Shown: positions 11,050-19,648 of the stretch, in pieces
Layout of the letters: every line of letters starts with the position of its first letter
Position numbering within the stretch: position 1 is the first letter of the stretch
Source: Longivirga aurantiaca
GTDB taxonomy: Bacteria; Actinomycetota; Actinomycetes; S36-B12; CAIYMF01
DNA: 32,000 nucleotides
Reading direction: 5' to 3'
Assembly (NCBI RefSeq): GCF_042660085.1
Contig: NZ_JBHSTI010000008.1
Span: 1,149,876 to 1,181,875 of the forward strand
Notes under the pieces: generated by a model
What the model saw: only the letters and a program-made list of their open reading frames with translations
Database searches by the model: none
What the model was told of the DNA's origin: nothing
Program-made: the position numbers and the translations under genes

Positions 11050-11380
11050 CGCGCACCTCCCGCGTGGGGACCAGGTGCGGCGCGGGTTCGGCGCGACGTC
11101 ATTGCACGGCTCACACTCGACGCCCGGCCGCACTCACACCGTAGGCGCGTGGCGCCCGATGTCGCCAGGCGAAGGCGCCGGAATCGTCCTCGGCGCCTCC
11201 TCGACCGGCGGCAGGTCGCCCGCGATGGCACGGGGGGAGTGGCCCTCCCGGGTGGTTCGTGATCGCGGTGCGCGGCCGGGGTCCGCTCGGAGGGCATCGG
11301 TCCGAGCGCTGCGTAGACTGGAGATGGCCGCCGGGGCGGCGCACCCCGTGCCGTTCGAGTCGGCCGTGGAGGTGAGTGCC

Positions 11381-11914
11381 GTGACAGACATGCGGCACGA
11401 GGAGATCACCGTTCACGAGGCGCCTCCGCGTCAGCGGTCGGCGCTCGTCTGGTGGCTGGCCGGCGGCCTGGTCGTCGCGCTCGCCGCCCTGATCGGTCTG
11501 GGCGTGTGGGGGTACTCGACGTACGCGATGACGGCGCAGGAGCAGGCAGCCGTCGCCGTCGTCCAGGACCACATCGACGCCACCAACGCCGCGGATCTCG
11601 CCGCGCTCGACGCGACGATGACCAGCGACATGCTGTGGACGGCCTACGCGAACGGCGAGGTCGCGGCCGGGCCGCTCAAGGGGCAGGAGTACATCGACTT
11701 CGTGAAGAGCACGGTGCCGACCTTCGTGATGACCCAGCTCGGCCCGATGACGGTCTCGAGCGACGACTTCACGAAGATCACCGCCGTCTCGGTCCCCATG
11801 CACGTCACCATCTCGAACATCGGCGCGGATGAGACGGGAACATCCGTCTTCTACGTCCACGTCGTGGACGGCACCCCGCAGATCACCCAGATGGTCTGGC
11901 TGACCCTGTCGTAG
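11381..11914 (+). CDS. Single-pass membrane protein with extracytoplasmic NTF2/SnoaL-like domain
   Basis: TM segment SALVWWLAGGLVVALAALIGLGVWGY followed by QAAVAVVQDHIDATNAADLAALDATMTSDMLW...; start GTG 11381 or ATG 11390. Confidence 0.7.
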   Translation: MTDMRHEEITVHEAPPRQRSALVWWLAGGLVVALAALIGLGVWGYSTYAMTAQEQAAVAVVQDHIDATNAADLAALDATMTSDMLWTAYANGEVAAGPLKGQEYIDFVKSTVPTFVMTQLGPMTVSSDDFTKITAVSVPMHVTISNIGADETGTSVFYVHVVDGTPQITQMVWLTLS

Positions 11915-12056
11915 TGCCTCGACCGTCCCTGGTGCCCGGTCGCGCTCGGCGACCGGGCACCAAGGACGCGGTGACACGTGAGTGGCGGGACGGGCGTGCG
12001 GCGATGGCGGCACGGCGGCCCGGTACCGTTCCGGCATCCGTCCGGAAGAGGTCTCC

Positions 12057-13427
12057 GTGTCCGTCGATCAACGCCTGGCCGAGTTGTCGGCCGCCCTGCC
12101 CGGCGACGTCGTCGTCACCGACGCCGAGCGCACCGACAAGTACCGCTGGGACCGCGCGAACGACCCGCGGGCCGGTGTGCCGCTGGCTGTCGTTCGAGCG
12201 GAGTCGACCGAGCACGTGCAGACCGCGGTGCGGTGGGCGGCGAAGCACGGCGTGGCCGTCGTACCGCGTGGTGCCGGCACCGGCCTCTCGGGTGGTGCGA
12301 GCGCCATCGACGGGTGCCTCGTGATCTCGACCGAGCGGATGCGGGCGGTGGAGATCGACCCGCTCACGCGCATCGCGTACGTCGAGCCCGGGCTGCTGAA
12401 CGCCGAGCTCAAGGCCGAGGCCGCACGGCACGGGCTCTGGTATCCGCCGGACCCGTCGTCGTACGAGATCTGCTCCATCGGCGGCAACATCGCGACGAAC
12501 GCCGGCGGCCTGTGCTGCGTGAAGTACGGCGTGACCACCGACTACGTGCTCGGCCTCACCGTGGTGCTCGCGGACGGTACGGCGGTGGAGCTCGGCGGGC
12601 CGCGGCTCAAGGACGTGGCCGGCCTGCCGCTGACGAAGCTGTTCGTCGGGAGCGAGGGCACGCTCGGGATCGTCACGCGCATCGTGCTGCGGCTGGTGCC
12701 GGCGCAGCGCACGCCGTCGACCCTGGTGGCGACGTTCGCCTCGCTCGACGACGCGACCGCCGCGGTGCTCGCGATCTCGAGCCGGATGCGGCCGTCGATG
12801 CTGGAGTTCATGGACCGCGCGTCGATCAACGCGGTCGAGGACATGACGCGGATGGGCCTCGACCGGTCGGCCGAGGCGCTGCTCGTGGTGCAGTCGGACG
12901 AGCCGGCGTCATACGCCGCTGCGGAGATCGCCGAGGTCGGTGCGCTGTGCGACGCCCACGGCGCGACCGAGTGGTTCTCGACCGACGACCCGGACGAGGG
13001 CGAGCAGTTCGTGGTCGCCCGCCGCTCGGCGATCCCGGCTCTCGAGCTGAAGGGCGCGCTGCTGCTCGAGGACGTCGGCGTGCCGCTGCCGCGGCTGGGC
13101 GAGCTCGTGCGCGGGATCGAGGCGATCAGTGCCGACCACGAGGTGCTGGTCGCGGTGGTGGCGCACGCCGGTGACGGCAACACGCACCCGCTCGTGGTGT
13201 TCGACCCCGCGGACGCCGCTGCCACTGCTCGGGCGCAGACGGCGTACGACGCGATCATGCGGCTCGCGATCTCGCTCGACGGCACGATCACGGGCGAGCA
13301 CGGCGTGGGGCGGATGAAGCAGCCGTGGCTGCGCGACTACCTCGGCGCCGACGTGCACGCGCTCAACCGGCGCATCAAGGACGCGCTCGACCCCCAGGGC
13401 ATCCTCAACCCCGGCGCGGGCATCTGA
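12057..13427 (+). CDS. FAD-binding oxidase, GlcD/D-lactate dehydrogenase-like
   Basis: VVPRGAGTGLSGGASAIDGCLVISTERM, ICSIGGNIATNAGGLCCVKYGVTTDYVLGL, GTITGEHGVGRMKQPWLRD. GTG 12057 preferred. Confidence 0.93.
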   Translation: MSVDQRLAELSAALPGDVVVTDAERTDKYRWDRANDPRAGVPLAVVRAESTEHVQTAVRWAAKHGVAVVPRGAGTGLSGGASAIDGCLVISTERMRAVEIDPLTRIAYVEPGLLNAELKAEAARHGLWYPPDPSSYEICSIGGNIATNAGGLCCVKYGVTTDYVLGLTVVLADGTAVELGGPRLKDVAGLPLTKLFVGSEGTLGIVTRIVLRLVPAQRTPSTLVATFASLDDATAAVLAISSRMRPSMLEFMDRASINAVEDMTRMGLDRSAEALLVVQSDEPASYAAAEIAEVGALCDAHGATEWFSTDDPDEGEQFVVARRSAIPALELKGALLLEDVGVPLPRLGELVRGIEAISADHEVLVAVVAHAGDGNTHPLVVFDPADAAATARAQTAYDAIMRLAISLDGTITGEHGVGRMKQPWLRDYLGADVHALNRRIKDALDPQGILNPGAGI

Positions 13428-13446
13428 CGGTCGGCGCCCTAGCCGG

Positions 13447-13550
13447 GTGGCGATTCCGTCGCAGAGCGCACGCTGGCTACCCGGGTAAGCCGAGGACGCG
13501 GTAGGTGAGTGGTGAATCCGTCGCAGAGCGCACGCTGGCTACCCGGGTAA
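13447..13550 (+). repeat. Two copies of the 62-bp-period intergenic repeat (cluster 1)
   Basis: gtggcgattccgtcgcagagcgcacgctggctacccgggtaa at 13447-13488, and gtggtgaatccgtcgcagagcgcacgctggctacccgggtaa at 13509-13550. Confidence 0.93.
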
Positions 13551-13566
13551 CGCGGCGGCGGGATCG

Positions 13567-14430
13567 CTAGGGCGTGGCCCAGGTGTCGAGCCAGGTCTCG
13601 ATGGGCTCCTGGACGACGCCGACGGCGATCACGCTCATGTGGTCCTCGCCCGCGAGCACGTCGAGCTCGACCGGGATGCCGGCATCCTCCAGCGCGCTGG
13701 CGAACGACCGCGACTGCGACAGCGGCACGACGTCGTCGCCGTCGCCGTGGATCAGCAGCACCTGCACCGTCGACGGCGCGGCACCGGTCTGCACGTAGTG
13801 GATCGGGTCGCCCGACTCCCAGAGCGCCACGTCGTCGGCGCGCGGCGTGCCGAACCAGTCGGCCATCATCGGCTGGAACGTCTGGGTGTCGTAGATCCCC
13901 GCGAGCCCCACCACGCCGGCGATCTCCGGGATCGGGTCGGCGCACGGGCGGGCGAGCGTCGTACCCGACACGGCCGCGAGCGCCGCGAGATGCCCGCCGG
14001 CCGAGTGGCCGACGAGCACGACCGGCCCCGGCTTGGGCTCGGACCTCGAGGCGAGCGCTGCGGCGTACGCCGTGGAGCAGAGGACGTCCTGCAGCGACGC
14101 CGGGAAGCCGATGCCCTCGTTGCCCGCGCGGTACTCCGTGGTCGCGACGAGGTAGCCGGCGTCGGACAGGCCCGTCGCGAGCGGCATGAACCCGGTGCTG
14201 TCGTGGCTCTGCCAGCCGCCACCCGGCACCAGCACGATGAGCGGCACCGTCGGTCGCGCGGGGACGGCGACGGGGGAGTAGAGCGTGGTGGTGAGCGAAG
14301 GGTCGAACGTCGACGGCGACGGGCTCGGCGGCGGTGGCGTCGTCTCGAGCGGCCCGGTCGACGACTGGCTGCAACCGGTCAGCAGCAGCGCGAGCGCGGC
14401 CCCGGCGATCCAGCGCGTGCGCATCCCCAT
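13567..14430 (-). CDS. Lipoprotein alpha/beta hydrolase (BD-FAE/esterase-like)
   Basis: Lipobox ALLLTGCS; PLIVLVPGGGWQSHDSTGF; catalytic VVLVGHSAGGHLAALAA; LLIHGDGDDVVPLSQS; a late His. Confidence 0.9.
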   Translation of the reverse strand: MGMRTRWIAGAALALLLTGCSQSSTGPLETTPPPPSPSPSTFDPSLTTTLYSPVAVPARPTVPLIVLVPGGGWQSHDSTGFMPLATGLSDAGYLVATTEYRAGNEGIGFPASLQDVLCSTAYAAALASRSEPKPGPVVLVGHSAGGHLAALAAVSGTTLARPCADPIPEIAGVVGLAGIYDTQTFQPMMADWFGTPRADDVALWESGDPIHYVQTGAAPSTVQVLLIHGDGDDVVPLSQSRSFASALEDAGIPVELDVLAGEDHMSVIAVGVVQEPIETWLDTWATP

Positions 14431-14636
14431 GCCCGCATCCTCGCGCAGGACCGCCGGAGGTCGCAGGCGCGCCGCCGCGGCGACCCAGCGAGGTCGTCCG
14501 GACGCACCGCGTCACCAGCGCCCGGGCGGCGGCGTCTGGGCGCGACTCAGCCGCGCGAGAGCGCTAGGAAGGGAGTAGTTACGCGGCGCTGTCGGGGTGT
14601 CGGCCTCCGCGCCGTGAGCGCGAGGAGGCGAGTCCG

Positions 14637-15092
14637 GTGTCGTACGTGGTCACGGTCGAACGGGTCGAGGAGCAGCCAGCTGCGGTGGTGCACGGCCGGG
14701 TGGACGTCGACGACCTCCCGGAGTTCCTCGGGCGCGCGTTCGGAGACGTCCTGCGCACCCTGGCGACCCAGCACCTGCATCCGGTCGGCCCGCCGTTCGG
14801 CCGCTACCAGGTCGATGGCGACGTGTTCGAGGTCGAGGCGGGGTTCCCGTGCGACGGGGTCCCGACCCCGGTCGGCGACGTCGAGCCCTGCACGCTGCCG
14901 GGAGGCGAGGTCGCCACGACGCTGCACACCGGCGACTACCAACGGATCGGGGCGGCCTACCAGGCCGTCGCCGAGTGGATGGGCGAGCACCACTGGCAGA
15001 TCGCCGCAGCACCCTGGGAGTCGTACGTCGACGACCCGACGGTCCTCGAGCCGCGCACGATCGTGCGCTTCCCGGCTCGGCGGGCCAGCTAG
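14637..15092 (+). CDS. GyrI-like / AraC effector-binding domain protein
   Basis: VERVEEQPAAVVHGRVDVDDLPEFLGRAFGDVL...EVEAGFPCDG...LPGGEVATTLHTGDYQRIGAAYQAVAEWMGEH matches the GyrI-like domain pattern. Confidence 0.85.
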   Translation: MSYVVTVERVEEQPAAVVHGRVDVDDLPEFLGRAFGDVLRTLATQHLHPVGPPFGRYQVDGDVFEVEAGFPCDGVPTPVGDVEPCTLPGGEVATTLHTGDYQRIGAAYQAVAEWMGEHHWQIAAAPWESYVDDPTVLEPRTIVRFPARRAS

Positions 15093-15114
15093 CGGCCGTG
15101 GAACGGAGGGCGTG

Positions 15115-16002
15115 ATGGACGCGAGGCAGCTCGAGAGGATGCGGGACGGCGCCGGCTTCATCGCCGCGCTGGACCAGAGCGGCGGGAGCACCCCGCGAGC
15201 ACTGGCGCTCTACGGCCTCGACCAGACGACGTACAGGACCAGCATCGAGATGCTGGCGCTCGCGCACAGGATGCGCACGCGCATCGTCACCAGCCCGGCC
15301 TTCACCGGCGAGCGGATCATCGGGTCGATCCTCTTCGGCGACACGATGGAGAGGCACGTGGAAGGCATGGGCACCGCCGAGTACCTGTGGCACGTCAAGG
15401 AGATCGTGCCCTTCCTCAAGGTCGACCACGGCCTCGAGCCTGAGGAGCACGGGGTGCGTCTGATGCGCAGGATCCCCGATCTGGACCGCGCCCTCGACAA
15501 GGCCCTGGGACACGGGGTGTTCGGCACCAAGATGCGCTCGGTCGTCGTCAGCGCCGATCGCCCGGGCATCGAGGCAGTCGTCCGTCAGCAGTTCGAGTTC
15601 GCCCGCCGGATCCTCGACGCCGGGCTCGTCCCGATCATCGAGCCCGAGGTCGACATCCGCAGCCTGCAGAAGGAGGCGGCGGAGGACCTGCTGCGCGAGT
15701 ACCTCCTGCACGCCCTCGACATGCTCGGGGACGACGACCGCGTGATGCTCAAGCTGACGCTGCCCGAGGTGGACGACTACCACGCGCCGCTCGTGGCGCA
15801 CCCGAACGTCCTGCGCGTCGTGGCCCTGTCGGGCGGCTACAGCCGTGCGGAGGCGGTGGAGAGGCTCGACCTGCAGCACGGGGTGATCGCGAGCTTCTCG
15901 CGGGCGCTCACCGAAGGCCTGCGCGTCGAGCAGACCAAGGCCGAGTTCGACGCCGCGCTGCACGAGTCGGTCGAGAGCATCTACCGCGCGTCGTTGACCT
16001 GA
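15115..16002 (+). CDS. fda: Class I fructose-bisphosphate aldolase
   Basis: GFIAALDQSGGSTPRALALYG, ERIIGSILFGDTME, FLKVDHGLE, GLVPIIEPEVDI, VMLKLTLPE, VVALSGGYSRAEA. ATG 15115; the ORF-track extension upstream is not real. Confidence 0.94.
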   Translation: MDARQLERMRDGAGFIAALDQSGGSTPRALALYGLDQTTYRTSIEMLALAHRMRTRIVTSPAFTGERIIGSILFGDTMERHVEGMGTAEYLWHVKEIVPFLKVDHGLEPEEHGVRLMRRIPDLDRALDKALGHGVFGTKMRSVVVSADRPGIEAVVRQQFEFARRILDAGLVPIIEPEVDIRSLQKEAAEDLLREYLLHALDMLGDDDRVMLKLTLPEVDDYHAPLVAHPNVLRVVALSGGYSRAEAVERLDLQHGVIASFSRALTEGLRVEQTKAEFDAALHESVESIYRASLT

Positions 16003-16799
16003 GGCGTCCTGGTGTCGTGGACGTCGTACGCGAGGGACCGGAGCGTGAACTCGCCGTACGCGAACGGGCCGTCCGGGCGCTCGTAGAGCGCTGATCCCTG
16101 GGTGGCGACGCGTACGCCGTCGGCCATCGGGCGGTAGCCGGCGAGCGGCGTGCGCCACCGCATCGGCACGAACGTGCCCGTGCTGCTGTCGGGGCGGTCG
16201 TCGGACCAGAAGTCGGCGAGCAGGCCGTCGTCGCCGAAGACGAGGGTGGCGGCGACGGTGTGCGGGCCGTTGGTGAAGGTGACGCGCGCGCTGCGGTCGT
16301 CGACGGCGTCCCACGCGAGACGCGGGTCGACCAGCGCGCCCGGTGCCAGCACGCACATGTCGTTGAGCACCGTGACGGTCTCGGCGCGGCTGATCTCGGA
16401 GCCGGACAGGTCGACCATGTCGACGAGCGAGGCGACGCGCACGCGGAAGGTCGCGTGCTCCTCGCGGTAGAGGTGCAGCGCGCGCACCGGCAGCCCGAAC
16501 ATCCTGGCGTCCATGAGGAAGAGGCGCGTCGGACGGTCGAAGAGGTTGTACTGCACCGACGTCGACCGCATCGGCCTCGCGCCTGGCGCACGCCGCATCG
16601 CGGCGTCGAACTCGACGCGCATGCTCTGCGGCGCAGGGCGTCCGAGCGCACCTGTCTCGCGGAGGTAGCGGCGTACGGGGTCGGGGAGGGGCGCGATCGC
16701 CTCCTCGTCGAGCGGCGGTCCGATGGTGGGCTCGAGGGTGTCGAGCTCGTGCGCGACGGCGGCGTCGAACTGCTGCCGGAGGTCGATCCGGATGGTCAT
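15981..16799 (-). CDS. Conserved protein of unknown function (resembles the DUF6544/DUF6920 type)
   Basis: PLPDPVRRYLRETGALGRPAPQSMRVEFDAAMRRAPGARPMRSTSVQYNLFDRPTRLFLMDARMFGLPVRALHLYREEHATFRVRVASLVDMVDLSGSEISRAETVTVLNDMC. Its start overlaps the upstream gene by 4 nt. Confidence 0.75.
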   Translation of the reverse strand: MTIRIDLRQQFDAAVAHELDTLEPTIGPPLDEEAIAPLPDPVRRYLRETGALGRPAPQSMRVEFDAAMRRAPGARPMRSTSVQYNLFDRPTRLFLMDARMFGLPVRALHLYREEHATFRVRVASLVDMVDLSGSEISRAETVTVLNDMCVLAPGALVDPRLAWDAVDDRSARVTFTNGPHTVAATLVFGDDGLLADFWSDDRPDSSTGTFVPMRWRTPLAGYRPMADGVRVATQGSALYERPDGPFAYGEFTLRSLAYDVHDTRTPQVNDAR

Positions 16800-17188
16800 C
16801 GCGCACCTCCGACCAGCGTGTGCGAGCGGTGCGACAGCGCGAGCGCGCCGAGGCCCAGGAGGATGACGACGTCGATCACAGCGCCGGCGGCTGCGGCGGG
16901 CAGCGCGAGCAGGCACGCGACGAGCGAGAGAGCGGCGAGGGCGGCCGTGAGCGGCAGGGCCCATGCGGAACGGCGTACGACGCCGACACCCGCCACCACG
17001 AAGCCCACGGCGAGGGCGAGCCATACGGCTCCGACCACGCGCATCCCGGTGGCGCCGAGGTCTGCACCGAGGAGATCGGTGCGGTAGGGGAAGCCGTCGA
17101 GCGTGGCGAGCTGCCACGGGACGACGAACCCGATGAGGTGGATGAGGCCGTGCGCTGCAAGGGCTGCACCGGCCAGGACGCGCATCAT
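16796..17188 (-). CDS. Small integral membrane protein, probably four TM segments
   Basis: 130 aa with several hydrophobic stretches (MMRVLAGAALAAHGLIHLIGFVVPWQ... VVGAVWLALAVGFVVAGVGVV...). ATGA overlap with the downstream gene. Confidence 0.78.
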   Translation of the reverse strand: MMRVLAGAALAAHGLIHLIGFVVPWQLATLDGFPYRTDLLGADLGATGMRVVGAVWLALAVGFVVAGVGVVRRSAWALPLTAALAALSLVACLLALPAAAAGAVIDVVILLGLGALALSHRSHTLVGGAR

Positions 17189-17201
17189 GACGTGCTTCCT
17201 T

Positions 17202-17681
17202 TCATCGGTCGTGCGTCGCGCCGGGGTGCTCGGGGGCGAGAGCCGCGAGCCAGGCGCGGGTGAGGTCGCGCAGTGCGAGGACGTCGCCCCGCGGTACGCC
17301 GTCGAACGCCGTCCCGAGCAGGGCGCGCGACCGCGCGACGCCCTCGGGCGAGTCGAACCGGCGTACCTGCTCGGTGACGGTGATCCGGGTGGTCCGCGCG
17401 TCGGCGGGGTCGGTCTCGAGCCGCACCCAGCCGCGCTCCTGGAGGCCGAGGGCGATCTGCTTCACGTTCTGCCGCGAGCTGCCGTAGCGCTCGGCCGCCT
17501 CGCTGAGCGACGGGGAGCGGTCGGGGAACGCCGAGGTGAGGACGGCGAGCAGCAGCCACTGCCGGGTGGTGAGACCCCAGTCGTCGAGCGCGGCGTCGGC
17601 GCGGCGGGTGAGGTGCTGGGCCAGGACGAACAGGGTGCCGAACGCCTCGGCCTGCGCCTGCTCCAGCTCGATGTCGGCCAT
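17202..17681 (-). CDS. MarR-family transcriptional regulator
   Basis: LTTRQWLLLAVLTSAFPDRSPSLSEAAERYGSSRQNVKQIALGLQERGWVRLETDPADARTTRITVTEQ, a winged-HTH pattern. Confidence 0.92.
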   Translation of the reverse strand: MADIELEQAQAEAFGTLFVLAQHLTRRADAALDDWGLTTRQWLLLAVLTSAFPDRSPSLSEAAERYGSSRQNVKQIALGLQERGWVRLETDPADARTTRITVTEQVRRFDSPEGVARSRALLGTAFDGVPRGDVLALRDLTRAWLAALAPEHPGATHDR

Positions 17682-17682
17682 G

Positions 17683-17700
17683 TGCGTAATATATTACGCA
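17683..17700. promoter_or_regulatory. Perfect 18-bp palindrome TGCGTAATATATTACGCA adjacent to the MarR start codon (probable operator/promoter)
   Basis: Read directly. With one mismatched pair it extends to 26 bp (CATG...TATG), 17679-17704, including the MarR start codon. It is AT-rich in a high-GC background. Confidence 0.8.
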
Positions 17701-17856
17701 TATGGCCCGGCGGGAAGGGGGCGGCGGCGTGAGCCGCGTCTCGTCGGGCCTCGCCCAGGTCGCGGGAGCGCCGACCACGGGCGAGGATGCAGGCACGGCC
17801 GCGTCGCGGCCCGCCGGGTGCCCGGACCTGGACTCGACGACCTTCGCAGGAGAGTC

Positions 17857-18432
17857 ATGCGCGCCCGACTTCCTCTCGCCGCCACGGCCCTCGCCCTCGC
17901 TGCCGTGCTCAGCGGCTGCAGCAGCCACTCGTCCGACATGGCCGGCGGCACGGCCGCGATCGTGGCGGGTCAGCAGGGCGACATCGCCTTCGCCCAGCTG
18001 ATGATCCCGCACCACGAGCAGGCCGTGGAGATGGCCGACCTCGCCCTCGAGCGCGAGACCTCGCCGGAGGTGAAGGCCCTCGCCGAGCAGATCAAGGGTG
18101 CGCAGGACCCCGAGATCGAGCAGATGACCGCGTGGCTCGCCGCATGGGGCGCGCCCACGCAGATGCCCGGCGTCGAGCACAGCGGCGACCACGCGGGGAT
18201 GCCCGGGATGATGAGCGACGACGACATGTCCGCGCTGGCCGATGCACAGGGTGCGGCGTTCGACGAGAAGTGGCTGACGCTCATGATCGCCCACCACGAG
18301 GGCGCCCTCACGATGGCGCAGCAGGTGCTCGGCACGACCACCGATGCCGAGGTGCGCACGCTCGCGGAGGCGGTCGTCGCCGGCCAGAAGGCCGAGATCA
18401 CCGAGATGACGGCGCTGCTCGCCCGCGCGTAG
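17857..18432 (+). CDS. DUF305 family lipoprotein (His-rich, four-helix type)
   Basis: Lipobox ALAAVLSGCSS; IAFAQLMIPHHEQAVEMADLAL and DEKWLTLMIAHHEGALTMAQ are the paired HH motifs of DUF305. ATG 17857 preceded by aggaga. Confidence 0.92.
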   Translation: MRARLPLAATALALAAVLSGCSSHSSDMAGGTAAIVAGQQGDIAFAQLMIPHHEQAVEMADLALERETSPEVKALAEQIKGAQDPEIEQMTAWLAAWGAPTQMPGVEHSGDHAGMPGMMSDDDMSALADAQGAAFDEKWLTLMIAHHEGALTMAQQVLGTTTDAEVRTLAEAVVAGQKAEITEMTALLARA

Positions 18433-18433
18433 C

Positions 18434-18602
18434 TGAGTGGCGAATCCGTCGTAGAGCGCACCCTCGTTACCCGGGTACATCGGCGACGGCGTAGCTGAGT
18501 GGCGACTCCGTCGTAGAGCGCACCCTCGTTACCCGGGTACATCGGCGACGGCGTAGCTGAGTGGCGACTCCGTCGTAGAGCGCACCCTCGTTACTCGGGT
18601 AG
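18434..18602 (+). repeat. Three tandem copies of the 62-bp-period intergenic repeat (cluster 2)
   Basis: Core gtggcga(a/c)tccgtcgtagagcgcaccctcgttac(c/t)cgggta starting at 18437, 18499 and 18561. The intervening sequence catcggcgacggcgtagc is identical between the copies. Confidence 0.95.
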
Positions 18603-18703
18603 GCAGGCGCCGGTGTCCGAGGTGTCCACAGCTGGCGGTGAGCGGCGCGTCGTCCACGTGCGGAGGCTGAGCCCGGCCGCGTACGTCGTACCGCCCCGTC
18701 AGC

Positions 18704-19648
18704 GTGCGCGGCATGACCGGACGCACGCACGCCCTCGACCTCGTCCCCGGCCTGCGGGAGCTGGCCCGCGCCCAGCTCGGCGTCGTACGCCGCGATCAGC
18801 TGCGCGAGCTCGGCGTCGGACATCAGCATGTGCGCCGTCAGGTGCAGGCGGAGCGGTGGCGTGCGATCGGGCCGCACGCCGTGGTGCTGCAGACCGGTGC
18901 GCTGTCCCGTCGGCAACGGCTCAGCCTCGGCGCTGTGCACGCCGGTCCGGGCAGCGAGCTCGACCTGTGGTCGGCGCTGGAGCACGCCGGACTCCGCGGG
19001 TGGGAGAGGTCGGCGGTGCACGTTGCGGTGCCACGAGGCAGGCGGGTTGCGCGGCTGGACGGGGTGGTCGTGCGTCAGGTGTCAGCTCGACCGCCGGCTG
19101 CCGTGGACGGCCCCTGGCCGCCCGCCGCACCGCAAGCGAGGGCCGCGGTCGAGGCTGCGTGCCTCGAGCGCACCGACACGTCGGCCGCCGGGCTGCTCGT
19201 TGCGGTGGCGCAGCAGCGGGTCGCGACCCCCGAGGCGATGCGCCTCGAGCTCGACCGGCTCTGGCGGCCGCGACGCGCTCCGCTGTTGCGCGCTGCGCTC
19301 TACGAGGCGGGTGCCGGCTCGGAGTCCGTCGCCGAGATCGACGTCCTCCTGCTGGTGCGGCGGGCCGGGCTCCCCGAGCCTCGGCGGCAGGTGCTCGCGC
19401 TGACCCCGGATGGCGTGGAGAAGCTCGACCTCGTGGTCGACCTGCCGGACGGGCGCACCCTGGTCATCGAGGTGGACGGACCGCACCACGACGACTCGAG
19501 CCGGCGGGCAGGGGACGCGGCGCGGGACGCTGCCCTCATCGCTCTGGGCTACCTGGTCCTGCACATCCCGGTGATCGAGATCCGCACCGACCCGGCCGGC
19601 GTCGTACGGCGACTGCGCCGCATTGCGCAGGCTGCACGCGCTGGCTGA
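18704..19648 (+). CDS. DUF559 (Vsr/PD-(D/E)XK-like) protein with AbiEi-antitoxin-like N-terminal region
   Basis: N-terminus ELARAQLGVVRRDQLRELGVGHQHVRRQVQAERWRAIGPHAVVL; C-terminus EKLDLVVDLPDGRTLVIEVDGPHHDDSSRRAGDAARDAALIALGYLVLHIPVIEI. Start GTG 18704 or ATG 18713. Confidence 0.82.
   Translation: MRGMTGRTHALDLVPGLRELARAQLGVVRRDQLRELGVGHQHVRRQVQAERWRAIGPHAVVLQTGALSRRQRLSLGAVHAGPGSELDLWSALEHAGLRGWERSAVHVAVPRGRRVARLDGVVVRQVSARPPAAVDGPWPPAAPQARAAVEAACLERTDTSAAGLLVAVAQQRVATPEAMRLELDRLWRPRRAPLLRAALYEAGAGSESVAEIDVLLLVRRAGLPEPRRQVLALTPDGVEKLDLVVDLPDGRTLVIEVDGPHHDDSSRRAGDAARDAALIALGYLVLHIPVIEIRTDPAGVVRRLRRIAQAARAG

Noticed and set aside
17702-18001. 99-aa ORF starting at the right edge of the MarR palindrome
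   Set aside because: The symmetric ATG is intriguing, but the ORF overlaps the DUF305 start in another frame and has a low-complexity composition. It is kept only as a note in the palindrome finding.
18704-19648. DUF559 gene considered as half of an AbiEi/AbiEii toxin-antitoxin or restriction system
   Set aside because: No partner toxin or methyltransferase gene is adjacent; its neighbours are repeats, DUF305 and apbE. Only the repeat association is reported.
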